Shown here: positions 20,481 to 30,665 of the stretch, in pieces
How the letters are laid out: each line of letters opens with the position of its first letter
Numbering within the stretch: position 1 is the first letter of the stretch
NCBI GenBank assembly: GCA_001784285.1
Contig: MFQC01000003.1
Location: forward strand, 144,159-208,158
Length of the DNA: 64,000 bases
From: Candidatus Magasanikbacteria bacterium RIFCSPHIGHO2_02_FULL_48_18
GTDB taxonomy: Bacteria > Patescibacteriota > Patescibacteriia > Magasanikbacterales > UBA922
Reading direction: 5' to 3'
Notes under the pieces: model-generated
Database searches by the model: none
Told to the model about the DNA's origin: nothing
What the model saw: the letters and a program-made list of their open reading frames with translations, nothing else
Made by a program: the position numbers and the translations under genes

Positions 20481-20927
20481 TTATTTTGCGTTGGCAATAC
20501 CGGAAGGGGTAACGACAATAGAGCCTGCTGAAAGACCACCGCTATCGCTCTCGAGTGTTGCCCGTATCATGTAGGAAGAAAGATCAGTATCGGAAGGCGT
20601 CGTATACATATAGGAATGGGCGGAGGGGTCTTTTGGCACTTTTGCCATATACGGTTTGTCGCAACGGGCGGCGAAACCTTGATCGCCCAGACACTGGGCA
20701 TTTCCATCTCCCAAGAGAAGCGGTTCAGAAGAAGCGGGATAGCTGTTGTGATCCGTAAAATATAATTCAAGAAAGGTTTGAACCTGTTCGAGATCGGTAA
20801 TACGCGTTGCATCGCGAAAGCGCGTCCGCTGGGTATTTCGCGCAATGACCGCAAGAGTAATCAGCAACCCAATAATTGCAACCACAACCAGCAATTCAAT
20901 AAGGGTAAAGCCGTTCTTCTTTCGCAT
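20481..20927 (-). CDS. Type IV pilin with a class III signal peptide.
   Basis: N-terminus MRKKNGFTLIELLVVVAIIGLL is the prepilin cleavage/methylation motif (G/FTLIE). 148 aa. Confidence 0.75.
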   Translation of the reverse strand: MRKKNGFTLIELLVVVAIIGLLITLAVIARNTQRTRFRDATRITDLEQVQTFLELYFTDHNSYPASSEPLLLGDGNAQCLGDQGFAARCDKPYMAKVPKDPSAHSYMYTTPSDTDLSSYMIRATLESDSGGLSAGSIVVTPSGIANAK

Positions 20928-20957
20928 AAAACAAAAAAATAAAGATTTAAAAAAAGA

Positions 20958-21344
20958 TTAAATATGAAGGATTTCTTTGACTTTATTGACCGTCTCGGAG
21001 GGTTTAAAATGAGCTTTAATAAGATAGTCGGCCGCCCCCAATGCTAATCCTTTCTCCACATCATCTCTTTGGCCCAGGTTGGTCAATAAAATAACCGGGA
21101 TGTGCGCAAACTGTTTGCTTTCTTTCAGTTCCTTGAGCACGGTAAACCCATCTTTTTTAGGCAATAAAATATCCAAAAGAACCACGTCCGGCTTTTTCTT
21201 TTTTATGTCGTTCATTGCAATATCTCCGTCTTCCGACAGAGTGACAGAAAAACCTTCCATTTCAAATTTTGTCTTATAAATATTTGCAAGAAAGGTATCA
21301 TCTTCTACCAGAAGAACGTTTATTTTCTTTTTTTCATTCGGCAT
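20958..21344 (-). CDS. Stand-alone response-regulator receiver domain (CheY/PilH-like).
   Basis: VLLVEDD...DVVLLDILLP...K receiver motifs. 128 aa. No output domain. Confidence 0.8.
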   Translation of the reverse strand: MPNEKKKINVLLVEDDTFLANIYKTKFEMEGFSVTLSEDGDIAMNDIKKKKPDVVLLDILLPKKDGFTVLKELKESKQFAHIPVILLTNLGQRDDVEKGLALGAADYLIKAHFKPSETVNKVKEILHI

Positions 21345-21440
21345 ATCAAATCACAAAACATGCTTCATGCTGGGAAGTATACTCGTGTAAAAGTCTTTTG
21401 TAAACTGAGTGTGGATAAACATTTCTCGATTTTAGGCCGA

Positions 21441-22604
21441 TCACAGCAAAATATTTCTCAATGCCAGACCGATGCTCACCGACATCCGCGGGCCGATGAT
21501 ATTTAAAATCGGTTTCAGGCTCTGCTGGCAGACAATTCTCGCCCATGGGTCGCCCACAAACACTTTCATGGGAAAGTGATCGCGTATTTGGTTGGCAATA
21601 ACCGGAAAAACGGCCGCGCCGCCGGTAAGGATAATTTTTTCCGGACGCTTTTCTTTATTCCACGTCTGATGGAGAAACACATCAAATCCATATTCAATTT
21701 CTTTGACGATGGAATCAACCATATCGGTATAGAGCAAAGGATCAAAGGCGGCAGGCGGCAGGCGGCCGATGTCTTTCTTTATTTGGTCAATATACGCAGA
21801 ATCAACATGCAAACGTTCGATAAATAACGCGTCAAGCGAACTGCCCCCTATCTGGATGCTACGGTGTGTTAAGGGAAGTCCATTATCAATAATAAAAAAA
21901 TTCGTTCTCTCCGCGCCAATATCCACCACCATGACTGTTGCGGGGTCCTGCCCCACCAGAGAACGTTCCAATGCAAACGCTTCGGTTTCCAAATCTTGCA
22001 AATGCAGACCGGCGCGTTGGAAGATGGCGGTATAAAATGCGACGAGCTCTTTGGGAGCCGCGGTGACCAGCACGTGCATATATTTTTCTTGGTCTCCGCT
22101 CAAAGACTGTTTGATTTTTTGAAAGGCAATTTGCATTTCTTCAACCGGACGAGAAAGAAATTTTTTTACCTCCGAATGAACAATCGCGGGGAGTTCTTTT
22201 TCCGGAACGAGTGGAAACGTAAAGACGGTATGAAAAATATGAGAAACCGGAAGGCTGGCGGTGGCGACACGGCTTTGAACCCGCGATTTTTTGAGCGCCG
22301 CTGACAAGAGCGAACTGAAATAGGTCACTTCTTTTTTATTTTCTGGAGTGAGCCACTCGTGTGTTTCCGGTTTCTTTTTTTTCTGTTTTGAAAGACTGTC
22401 TCCAAAAGCATCCGCCCCGTTCGTTTCCTGGTGCGCGGAGACGCGAGCGGAAAATGGCTCCACGTGGATATTGAGCGGCTGGTCCACAATGGCATACGTC
22501 CACAGCTGGGGACGGCCTTTCTGTTTTTTTAATTCAACCAATTTTATGCCGTGTGCTCCAATGTCAACACCCAGATATGAATCATTTTTTTTGAATAAAG
22601 ACAT
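21441..22604 (-). CDS. pilM: Type IV pilus assembly protein PilM (actin-like ATPase). The start was chosen at the internal Met; the long ORF extends to 22682.
   Basis: N-terminus SYLGVDIGAHGIKLVELKK and C-terminal ...SIGLALR are typical of PilM. Confidence 0.75.
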   Translation of the reverse strand: MSLFKKNDSYLGVDIGAHGIKLVELKKQKGRPQLWTYAIVDQPLNIHVEPFSARVSAHQETNGADAFGDSLSKQKKKKPETHEWLTPENKKEVTYFSSLLSAALKKSRVQSRVATASLPVSHIFHTVFTFPLVPEKELPAIVHSEVKKFLSRPVEEMQIAFQKIKQSLSGDQEKYMHVLVTAAPKELVAFYTAIFQRAGLHLQDLETEAFALERSLVGQDPATVMVVDIGAERTNFFIIDNGLPLTHRSIQIGGSSLDALFIERLHVDSAYIDQIKKDIGRLPPAAFDPLLYTDMVDSIVKEIEYGFDVFLHQTWNKEKRPEKIILTGGAAVFPVIANQIRDHFPMKVFVGDPWARIVCQQSLKPILNIIGPRMSVSIGLALRNILL

Positions 22605-22750
22605 ACGCCGCAACTGACATTTCAAAACAAATTTTGAGTTGGTGAGAGTATACCATAAAAAGAAGCAAAAGAAAAAAATCAAACCTTTACACCGGCCCGT
22701 GCAGAGACTATACTACACCACTATACCCCCTGATTTTTCTTCTGTTTTGT

Positions 22751-24112
22751 ATGATTCGTCTATACAACACGCTCACACGAAGCATTGAGCCATTCAAACC
22801 TCAGCACGATACAACGGTTCGAATGTATACCTGCGGACCAACCGTGTATAACTATGCGCATATCGGCAATCTGCGCACGTATGTCTTTGAGGACATTCTC
22901 CGCCGGACGCTCAAATACCATGGGTATGCGGTCACTCATGTTATGAATATAACCGACGTGGGACATCTCACCGATGATGCTGACTTTGGCGAAGATAAAA
23001 TGGAAAAAGGGTCCCGACGCGAAGGAAAAACGGCTTGGGAGATTGCGGCAGTATACACGGAGGCCTTTCAAAATGATCTTAAAAATTTAAACATTCTTGA
23101 ACCGACAATATGGGCAAAGGCCACCGACCATATTGACGATCAAATTCAGCTCGTTACTACTTTGAGAGACAAAGGATATACATACGAGACAGATGATGGA
23201 ATTTATTTTGATACCACAAAAATTTCGGACTATGGCAAACTGGCGCAACTTGACCGGCAAACACTCAAAGCCGGCATGCGCGTGGAAATGGGCCAAAAAA
23301 AAAATCCTCACGATTTTGCTCTCTGGAAATTCAGCAAAGCCGGTGAATCCCGACAAATGGAATGGGACGCATTCGGCAAAAAAGGATTCCCCGGCTGGCA
23401 TATCGAATGTTCTGCCATGAGCATGCGCTATTTAGGCGAACAATTTGATATCCATTGCGGGGGTGTGGACCATATTTCGGTCCACCACACCAACGAAATC
23501 GCCCAATCCGAAGCCGCAACCGGAAAAAAACCATGGGTATTTTGGTGGCTTCATGGAGAATTTCTTCTTCTCGATGAAGGAAAAATGGCAAAATCCGGTT
23601 CACATGCCATCACGCTCCAAACCATCACAGAAAAACACATTCCGCCGCTTGCGTACCGATATTTTCTCCTGCAATCGCACTACCGGAAACAAATCGGATT
23701 TCGATGGCAAGCGCTTGAGGCGGCCCACCAAGGACTGCTCCGACTCCGGCGCCATGTGGTAGCAATTCCAGAAACCACGGTGGACGACCTGCATATTATG
23801 CATGAATTTCAAGAGGCAATGGATACCGATCTCAATACTGCGGAAGCGCTTTCCGTGCTGTGGCGTGCTCTCAAGGAAAACAAAATTACCCAAAAAACCG
23901 TCACCAGATGCGATAAAATTCTTGGTCTTGATCTCAATACGCACAATGAAGAAACCGTGCCGCCTGAGATCGCTGAACTTTTGGCAGAAAGAGAAAAAGC
24001 AAGAGCGGAAAAGCGATGGGGGGAAAGCGATGTCCTCCGAAAAACAATAGAAAACAGCGGCTATACCGTCGAAGACACCCCGGCTGGACAGACAATCCGA
24101 AAAAATTATTAA
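22751..24112 (+). CDS. cysS: Cysteinyl-tRNA synthetase.
   Basis: HIGH-region CGPTVYNYAHIGNLR, a KMSKS variant KMAKS, and Zn-binding Cys residues. 453 aa. Confidence 0.9.
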   Translation: MIRLYNTLTRSIEPFKPQHDTTVRMYTCGPTVYNYAHIGNLRTYVFEDILRRTLKYHGYAVTHVMNITDVGHLTDDADFGEDKMEKGSRREGKTAWEIAAVYTEAFQNDLKNLNILEPTIWAKATDHIDDQIQLVTTLRDKGYTYETDDGIYFDTTKISDYGKLAQLDRQTLKAGMRVEMGQKKNPHDFALWKFSKAGESRQMEWDAFGKKGFPGWHIECSAMSMRYLGEQFDIHCGGVDHISVHHTNEIAQSEAATGKKPWVFWWLHGEFLLLDEGKMAKSGSHAITLQTITEKHIPPLAYRYFLLQSHYRKQIGFRWQALEAAHQGLLRLRRHVVAIPETTVDDLHIMHEFQEAMDTDLNTAEALSVLWRALKENKITQKTVTRCDKILGLDLNTHNEETVPPEIAELLAEREKARAEKRWGESDVLRKTIENSGYTVEDTPAGQTIRKNY

Positions 24113-24143
24113 AATCTATCTCAAAAATCTCTTTCAAACCTAT

Positions 24144-25787
24144 CTATAAGACTGTCCTCTTCAATGCCGCGCGAATAAATTCACGAAATAACGGATGCGG
24201 CCGCATGGGACGAGAATGAAACTCGGGATGAAACTGCGTTCCCACAAAAAAAGGATGGCCATCAAGCTCAACAATCTCGACGAGATCGGATTCGGGATTC
24301 ACCCCAACCACGCGAAGACCGGCGTCATCAATTCGTTTTCGATATGCATTATTAAACTCATATCGGTGCCGATGCCGTTCCGAAATAGCAGGTTTTCCAT
24401 ATGCTTTGCATACCACACTGCCTTTCTTCAGTGCCGCCGTATATGCCCCAAGCCGCATGGTGGCGCCATAGCGGTTTTCCCGTATATTTTTTTCCTGGAA
24501 AGGATTCACATGAATAATCGGTTCTCTTGACGCGGGATCCATTTCAACGGTATTGGCCTCTTCGATCCCCAGGACATGCCTCGCAAATTCAACGGTGGCA
24601 AGCTGCATTCCGTAACAAAGGCCAAGATAAGGAATTTTTTGTTCTCGCACAAATTGGATGGCGCGTATAATGCCTTCAACTCCGCGCGTGCCAAACCCGC
24701 CGGGGACAATAACGCCATGATATGCGTTCAGTGTTTTCAACCGTTGAGGATTCTGTTCAAAATCTTCGGAATCAATCCAGTCCAAAACAGGCTTTGCGCT
24801 GTGGTACCAACTTGCGTGCCGTATGGCTTCAATAACCGAAATATAGGAATCGGCAAGCGTGAAGTCCCCGGTGCCAAAATATTTTCCGACAACGCCAATG
24901 CGAACTTCCCGTTTGGTATGTTTAATTTGATGCACAAACGCATCCCATTGCTTCAAAAAACTCCTTCGCCCCGGCAAATGAAGAATCTTCAGCAATTTAT
25001 TTCCAATGTCTTGATCTTCCATCTTGAGGGGAATTTCATAAATGGATTCGACATCGGGCGCTGAAATGGAATATTCTTTGTGGATGCCGCACAAGAGAGA
25101 GAGCTTTTGTCTGCGTATCATATCAAGCTCCATAGGGCCCCGTGCGACAATCAAATCGGCGTGAAGGCCCACGCTATTGAGCGATCGCTGGGCGTTTTGC
25201 GTTGGTTTGGTTTTCATCTCCCCAATATGCGATGGAACCGGCAAATAACTCACAAGCACAAGAGCAATATCATCCGGATATTTAAGCTTCATTTCCCGCA
25301 CGGCTTCGAGAAAAAGAATATTTTGATATTCGCCGACAGTCCCCCCAATTTCAATAATGGTAATATCGGCTTCATGAACTTTTTGCGCTTCCTTGATGCG
25401 GCGTAAAATTTCTTCCGGAATATGCGGCACAACCTCGACACACCTGCCCTTATATTTCATGGATCGTTCATTGTCGATAACCGTTTGATAAATACGGCCC
25501 GTGGTCATGTAATTGGTACGCGTCAAATCAACGTCTAAAAATCGTTCATAATTGCCCATGTCTTGATCGGTTTCATCGCCGTCATCCGTTACAAATACTT
25601 CTCCATGTTCTGTCGGGTTCATGGTCCCCGCATCAACATTGATATATGGATCCGCCTTGAGTGCGGTTACTTTGAAATGTTTGGAACGAAAGATGGCGCC
25701 AAGCGATGCGCTTGTTACTCCTTTTCCAACACCGCTCAGCACGCCACCAACGACAAAAATATACTTTGGCCGCCTTTTTTTTCCCAT
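24144..25787 (-). CDS. pyrG: CTP synthase.
   Basis: 547 aa. N-terminus KYIFVVGGVLSGVGKG. C-terminal glutamine amidotransferase domain. Confidence 0.9.
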   Translation of the reverse strand: MGKKRRPKYIFVVGGVLSGVGKGVTSASLGAIFRSKHFKVTALKADPYINVDAGTMNPTEHGEVFVTDDGDETDQDMGNYERFLDVDLTRTNYMTTGRIYQTVIDNERSMKYKGRCVEVVPHIPEEILRRIKEAQKVHEADITIIEIGGTVGEYQNILFLEAVREMKLKYPDDIALVLVSYLPVPSHIGEMKTKPTQNAQRSLNSVGLHADLIVARGPMELDMIRRQKLSLLCGIHKEYSISAPDVESIYEIPLKMEDQDIGNKLLKILHLPGRRSFLKQWDAFVHQIKHTKREVRIGVVGKYFGTGDFTLADSYISVIEAIRHASWYHSAKPVLDWIDSEDFEQNPQRLKTLNAYHGVIVPGGFGTRGVEGIIRAIQFVREQKIPYLGLCYGMQLATVEFARHVLGIEEANTVEMDPASREPIIHVNPFQEKNIRENRYGATMRLGAYTAALKKGSVVCKAYGKPAISERHRHRYEFNNAYRKRIDDAGLRVVGVNPESDLVEIVELDGHPFFVGTQFHPEFHSRPMRPHPLFREFIRAALKRTVL

Positions 25788-25868
25788 ACAATAATAAAAA
25801 AATAATTGAATACAGAATGGACAGACAAAGCAGAAAGCGCAATTAAAAAATCTCCGGCGATGGAGATA

Positions 25869-26315
25869 TTATTTTGCGGAGATGGTGACACGCAATTCGG
25901 CTTCTAATCCATGGCCAAACCCGACGCGAATCTGATGATCTCCGACGTCCTTAATGGGGGCTTCAATAAAAATTTGATTCGGCGCGATTTTGACATGGAA
26001 TATTCTCTGTATTTCTGCCGCAATCCGCTGTTTGCCGAGGGCGGCGTACAGCCGGCCGTCAATGTTGGCTTTTTCTTGAATTTCGATTTCTCCCCCGTCG
26101 AGCGCGGCCGCCATTGATTGAAAACTTTTCAACTCTTCCGTCATCTTTTTTTTCTGTTTTTCTTCTTGCATGTGCAATTGACGAACAGCCGCTTCTGTGG
26201 CTGGTTTTGCCAATGCATGCTTGAACAAAAAATTTCGAGCGTACCCGGGTGCGACGTCTTTTACGTCTCCTGTCCTTCCGGTGCCTTTGATATCTTGAAG
26301 AAGAATAACGTGCAT
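25869..26315 (-). CDS. rplI: 50S ribosomal protein L9.
   Basis: MHVILLQDIKGTGRTGDVKDVAPGYARNFLF is the canonical L9 N-terminus. 148 aa. Confidence 0.85.
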   Translation of the reverse strand: MHVILLQDIKGTGRTGDVKDVAPGYARNFLFKHALAKPATEAAVRQLHMQEEKQKKKMTEELKSFQSMAAALDGGEIEIQEKANIDGRLYAALGKQRIAAEIQRIFHVKIAPNQIFIEAPIKDVGDHQIRVGFGHGLEAELRVTISAK

Positions 26316-26455
26316 ACCGCTTGCGTAAGAGAACTATTTGATGTACCGTATGGGTACTTTGGAATAAGTATCAATAATAATATCACACCAGGCAAAACCA
26401 CGCAACGTGCTTTTTTGAGGACGCCGTGGGAGCGGCAATAGCCGATTGTTATTTT

Positions 26456-27304
26456 ATGAGATCAGGATTCGCCGTATTGGTAGGACGGTCAAACGTCGGA
26501 AAATCAACACTTCTCAATACGGTCGTCGGGACTAAAATCGCCGCAACTAGTTTTCGCGCCCAAATGACCCGCCAGACCATCCACGGCGTCTTGAATACCC
26601 CTGAGGGCCAAGCGATTTTTGTGGATACACCCGGCGTATTGAAGGAAAAACGAAGTTTGCTCACATCAAAATTGATTAAAAAAATTCATGAGGCCTTGAA
26701 TGGCATTGATGTCATTGTGTATGTTGTTGACCCGACGCGCGAGATAGGGCCGGAAGAGCGGCTCGTCTATGGCATGATTCGCCATCTTTCCACCCCAAAA
26801 ATTTTGGTCCTCAACAAGACAGACCTTCCCAAAAAAGAACGACCGCATGAAGAAGATTATCTGCAGTGGTCCAACGACTTTGAGGCTGTATTTTCTCTGT
26901 CAGCGCTCAAAGCGCGCCATATTGAGCCTTTAAAGGCAAAGGTGATTGCGCTCCTCCCTGAAGGAGAGCCCCTGTACCCGGAAGAACAACTTACCAACAT
27001 TGACAAAGAATTTTGGATCGCAGAAATTATACGGGAAAAGGTATTTTCCGTCCTTGATAAGGAAATCCCATATGCCATCACCGTTCAGGTCTCTTCCGTT
27101 GAAGAAAAACAAGATTGTACTGTTATTACGGCACACATTTTGACCAACCAACTGCGGTACAAACGAGTCATTATCGGCAAGGGAGGATCAAAAATTAAAG
27201 AAATCGGACAGATGGCCAGAAAAGAGCTGGAACAAGCAATCAACCAAAAAATATTCTTGGAACTTGACGTTGCGGTTGATACGCATTGGGTAGACCGCAT
27301 ATAA
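26456..27304 (+). CDS. era: GTPase Era. The long ORF starts at 26426.
   Basis: G1 GRSNVGKST. G3 DTPG. G4 NKTD. C-terminal KH domain (VIIGKGGSKIKEIG). Confidence 0.85.
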   Translation: MRSGFAVLVGRSNVGKSTLLNTVVGTKIAATSFRAQMTRQTIHGVLNTPEGQAIFVDTPGVLKEKRSLLTSKLIKKIHEALNGIDVIVYVVDPTREIGPEERLVYGMIRHLSTPKILVLNKTDLPKKERPHEEDYLQWSNDFEAVFSLSALKARHIEPLKAKVIALLPEGEPLYPEEQLTNIDKEFWIAEIIREKVFSVLDKEIPYAITVQVSSVEEKQDCTVITAHILTNQLRYKRVIIGKGGSKIKEIGQMARKELEQAINQKIFLELDVAVDTHWVDRI

Positions 27305-27343
27305 ATCCATTCCTTAAAAGCGTCCACAGATACTGGCACGAAA

Positions 27344-27365
27344 ATAGTCGCAAGACTATTTTTTT
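27344..27365 (+). terminator. Rho-independent terminator after era.
   Basis: atagtc-gcaa-gactat followed by a 7-T run. Confidence 0.5.
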
Positions 27366-27389
27366 GGTATACTGTGCTCATTCCTCTTT

Positions 27390-27992
27390 TTGTATGGTAT
27401 GGATGAGCAACTTAAAAAACAACCTTTTGATTCTCAGGAAGAAACGCCCCTCGAAAAATCCCCCAACCCAGAACAGGCGCCAAGGCACGGCGACAGGGCG
27501 GCGTCTCCAGAATTTTCTCCTGTGCCAGAACAGCCGGTGACTCCGCCGCGTTTCGAACAGGGAGAAAAAGCAGGAGAATTAACCAAAGAATCCGCAGAAA
27601 TGGAAACGCGAGAAGAGGGATTTCTTGATGACGCGATTCAGGGACTGAAACAAAAATTACTGAAAAAAAAGCCAAAACCAGTCATTCGACCCCAACACAA
27701 AGACGATCTCACCATCCAAATTGAACATATCATGGAAGAAGGATTGGAAGATGCATATAAAGAACTCACCCCGGTCCAGCGGCAAGAATTTAAAATGAAA
27801 GGAGAAGAAACCGCCACAAAAATCCGTCAGCTTCTTCGGGCCACTCACATCAAGGTGCAAAAAATCTTCCAGCTTCTCTTGCAATGGCTCAAGATGCTTC
27901 CGGGTATTAGCCGATATTTTCTCGAGCAAGAAGCAAAAATAAAACTTGATAAGATGCTTTCGTTCCATGAATATAAAAAACCGAAACAGTAA
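27390..27992 (+). CDS. Hypothetical protein with an acidic, Pro-rich, probably disordered N-terminal half and a helical C-terminal half. It sits immediately upstream of the T4CP-like ATPase.
   Basis: 200-aa ORF. Low-complexity PEQ-rich N-terminus. No known motif. Confidence 0.4.
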   Translation: MYGMDEQLKKQPFDSQEETPLEKSPNPEQAPRHGDRAASPEFSPVPEQPVTPPRFEQGEKAGELTKESAEMETREEGFLDDAIQGLKQKLLKKKPKPVIRPQHKDDLTIQIEHIMEEGLEDAYKELTPVQRQEFKMKGEETATKIRQLLRATHIKVQKIFQLLLQWLKMLPGISRYFLEQEAKIKLDKMLSFHEYKKPKQ

Positions 27993-28024
27993 AGCCGCCG
28001 CTTCTTTCTCCGCCAAACACCCGT

Positions 28025-30544
28025 ATGTTGGATAATTCCTTCTTTTTTGGCGCAATTGTCATTGTTTTAATCAGTGCCATGGTTGTAAGCACCATTTTTT
28101 TATTTCGCGCCTCCACCCGTTTCTTTTCTCGGTCTTCCAAAGCATTCCATCGGACGGTGCTTCTTATTTCTGTGCCAAAAGAACGAAAATCGGAAGGCCA
28201 AGGCAACACGCAAGGAATGCAGGACGATCGCCTGGAATATGTCAAAGAGGAAATCGGCATTACCGAAACATTCTTTTCTGCGATTGGCGGACTCAAAGCC
28301 CAGCGAGGAATAAAAAAATGGTTTCAGGGGAGAGACGACCATTTTTCGTATGAAATCGTTGCCCATGATGGTCTAATTTATTTTTACATTGACACGCCAA
28401 AAAAAATGCGACAGCTCATTGAACAGCAAATCCACGCGCAATACCCATACGCCCAAATTGACGAAATGATTGATTATAACATTTTTTCAGAAAAAAGTTC
28501 GATTGTCGGGGCGTATTTGGTCGCAGTCAAAAAATCATTTTTTCCATTCAAAACATATAAAAAAATGGAGTCCGACCCGCTGTCCGCCATATTGAATGTC
28601 TTGGCGCGCATTCGCGAAGGCAACAGCTCTGCCGCGGTTCAATGCATTGTGCGGAGCGCAAACAAAAAATGGCGCCGCAGGGGCATCCGCGTCGTGCGAG
28701 AAGTAAAAAAAGGAAAAAAATTTGAAAACATCGCAAATCAATCAACTTTCTCTCAGGTATTCCATGCGGCATGGAAAGGCATAGCAGACACCGCAAAAAA
28801 ACCGGAAGAAAGAAAAAGAGATGAGGCATACACGCTCTCTGCCATGGAAGAAGACATGCTGAAAGGCATTGAGGAAAAACTCAGCAAAGCCGGCCTTGAT
28901 ATGGTTATTCGAATCGTCAGCATTTCAGACGAAGAGCAGACCGCAAAAATGAATTTGGATAATCTGCTCAGTGCGTTCAGCCAATACAATCTGTACCGAT
29001 ATGGCAACACATTCAATGCCATGGTACCGAGGCGCCAAACCACGCTGATCCAAGATTTTATTTATCGCAGTTTCACCGAAAACAAGTCATTCGTCGTCAA
29101 TACCGAAGAAATGGCTTCCTTCTGGCACCTGCCGCTCCATTCCACAGAAGCCCCAAATATCAAATGGCTGACCGGGCGAAAAGCGCCGCCGCCGCCCAAC
29201 CTCCCCAAGGAAGGACTCCTCTTGGGATGTATCAACTACCGAGGAACAAAAACGGACGTGCGGCTGAAATTGAACGATCGGCGGCGGCATCTGTATATTA
29301 TTGGAAAATCCGGAAGCGGCAAATCCGTGACCATTGCCAACCTCGCCATTCAAGACATCCACGCCGGACATGGCGTTTGTATCGTGGATCCGCACGGCGA
29401 TCTCGTGGAAGAAACATTGCGCCATATTCCAAAACATCGCGCTGATGACGTTATTGTGTTCAACCCCTCAGACATGGAGCGCCCGATTGGACTGAATATG
29501 CTTGAAGCCAGAAATGAAGACGAGAAGGATTTTGCGGTGCAAGAAATGATTTCAATTTTTTATAAATTGTTTCCCCCGGAAATGATCGGGCCGATGTTTG
29601 AGCACAACATGCGCAACGTGATGCTGACCCTCATGTCCGATATTCATGACCCCGGAACCGTCATTGATATTCCCCGGATGTTTACCGACGATCAGTATGT
29701 AAAAGTCTATCTCAAAAAATTAAAAGACCCGATCGTGCGCGCGTTTTGGGAAAAGGAAATGGCGCAGACCAGCGATTTTCACAAATCGGAAATGCTCGGT
29801 TATCTCATTTCAAAAGTGGGACGATTTGTCGAAAATGAAATGATGCGAAACATCATGGGGCAACAGCGGTCAGGATTCAACTTTCGCGACATCATGGACA
29901 CGCAAAAAATTCTCCTTGTCAATCTGGCCAAAGGAAGGGTGGGAGAAATGAACGCAAAACTCTTAGGACTGATTGTGGTTGCAAAATTGCAAATGGCGGC
30001 CATGGGCCGGGCAGAGCTCTTGGAAGAAGAACGAAAAGATTTTTTTCTGTATATTGATGAGTTCCAAAATTTCATTACCGATTCTATTTCCATTATCCTC
30101 TCCGAGGCCAGAAAGTATAAATTGGATTTGATTATCGCGCATCAATATATGGGCCAGTTGACGGATGACAAAGGCAAAGCAACGGTTCGCGATTCGGTAT
30201 TGGGAAACGTGGGAACCATGATGATCGGGCGAATCGGTCCGGAAGACGCTGATATACTGGCCAAAGAATTTGCGCCAACGTTCGGCTCGTATGATCTCCT
30301 CAATACCCCGCAATATTCCTTTTATACAAAAATGCTGATAGACAATGAAGCATCCAGGCCGTTTCTTATGGGCGCATACCCCCCCAAACAAGGAAACCAA
30401 CCCCTGGCAAACGCTATCAAACAATTGTCCCGTCTCAAATATGGGCGGGATCGCACCATTGTGGAAGCGGAAATTTTGGAGCGAACCAAACTCGGGTCCG
30501 CCTCAAGCGCAAGCAAAACCGATATGATTGAAGCATCGCTGTAG
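28025..30544 (+). CDS. Membrane-anchored P-loop ATPase of the FtsK/HerA/VirD4-TraD (T4SS coupling-protein-like, DUF87-like) superfamily, carrying a ~370-aa N-terminal domain of unknown function.
   Basis: N-terminal TM. Walker A YIIGKSGSGKS followed by VCIVDPHGDL (the DPxGD/E motif typical of TraD/TrwB/FtsK-type ATPases). Walker B FFLYIDEFQNF. 839 aa. Confidence 0.7.
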   Translation: MLDNSFFFGAIVIVLISAMVVSTIFLFRASTRFFSRSSKAFHRTVLLISVPKERKSEGQGNTQGMQDDRLEYVKEEIGITETFFSAIGGLKAQRGIKKWFQGRDDHFSYEIVAHDGLIYFYIDTPKKMRQLIEQQIHAQYPYAQIDEMIDYNIFSEKSSIVGAYLVAVKKSFFPFKTYKKMESDPLSAILNVLARIREGNSSAAVQCIVRSANKKWRRRGIRVVREVKKGKKFENIANQSTFSQVFHAAWKGIADTAKKPEERKRDEAYTLSAMEEDMLKGIEEKLSKAGLDMVIRIVSISDEEQTAKMNLDNLLSAFSQYNLYRYGNTFNAMVPRRQTTLIQDFIYRSFTENKSFVVNTEEMASFWHLPLHSTEAPNIKWLTGRKAPPPPNLPKEGLLLGCINYRGTKTDVRLKLNDRRRHLYIIGKSGSGKSVTIANLAIQDIHAGHGVCIVDPHGDLVEETLRHIPKHRADDVIVFNPSDMERPIGLNMLEARNEDEKDFAVQEMISIFYKLFPPEMIGPMFEHNMRNVMLTLMSDIHDPGTVIDIPRMFTDDQYVKVYLKKLKDPIVRAFWEKEMAQTSDFHKSEMLGYLISKVGRFVENEMMRNIMGQQRSGFNFRDIMDTQKILLVNLAKGRVGEMNAKLLGLIVVAKLQMAAMGRAELLEEERKDFFLYIDEFQNFITDSISIILSEARKYKLDLIIAHQYMGQLTDDKGKATVRDSVLGNVGTMMIGRIGPEDADILAKEFAPTFGSYDLLNTPQYSFYTKMLIDNEASRPFLMGAYPPKQGNQPLANAIKQLSRLKYGRDRTIVEAEILERTKLGSASSASKTDMIEASL

Positions 30545-30665
30545 CACGAAAAAATTCTGTGGATGCACATCTTTTACCCACTTTATCCCCCGTCCGGCCC
30601 TCTCCAGCACTGTTGAATCTGATACACTATGAAGATCATCCAATCGTTTTTGCTGTTTCATCTTT

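Noticed and set aside
22683-22750. Possible T-box or riboswitch leader upstream of cysS.
   Set aside because: The intergenic region is only about 68 nt, too short for a T-box, and no specifier or antiterminator elements are visible.
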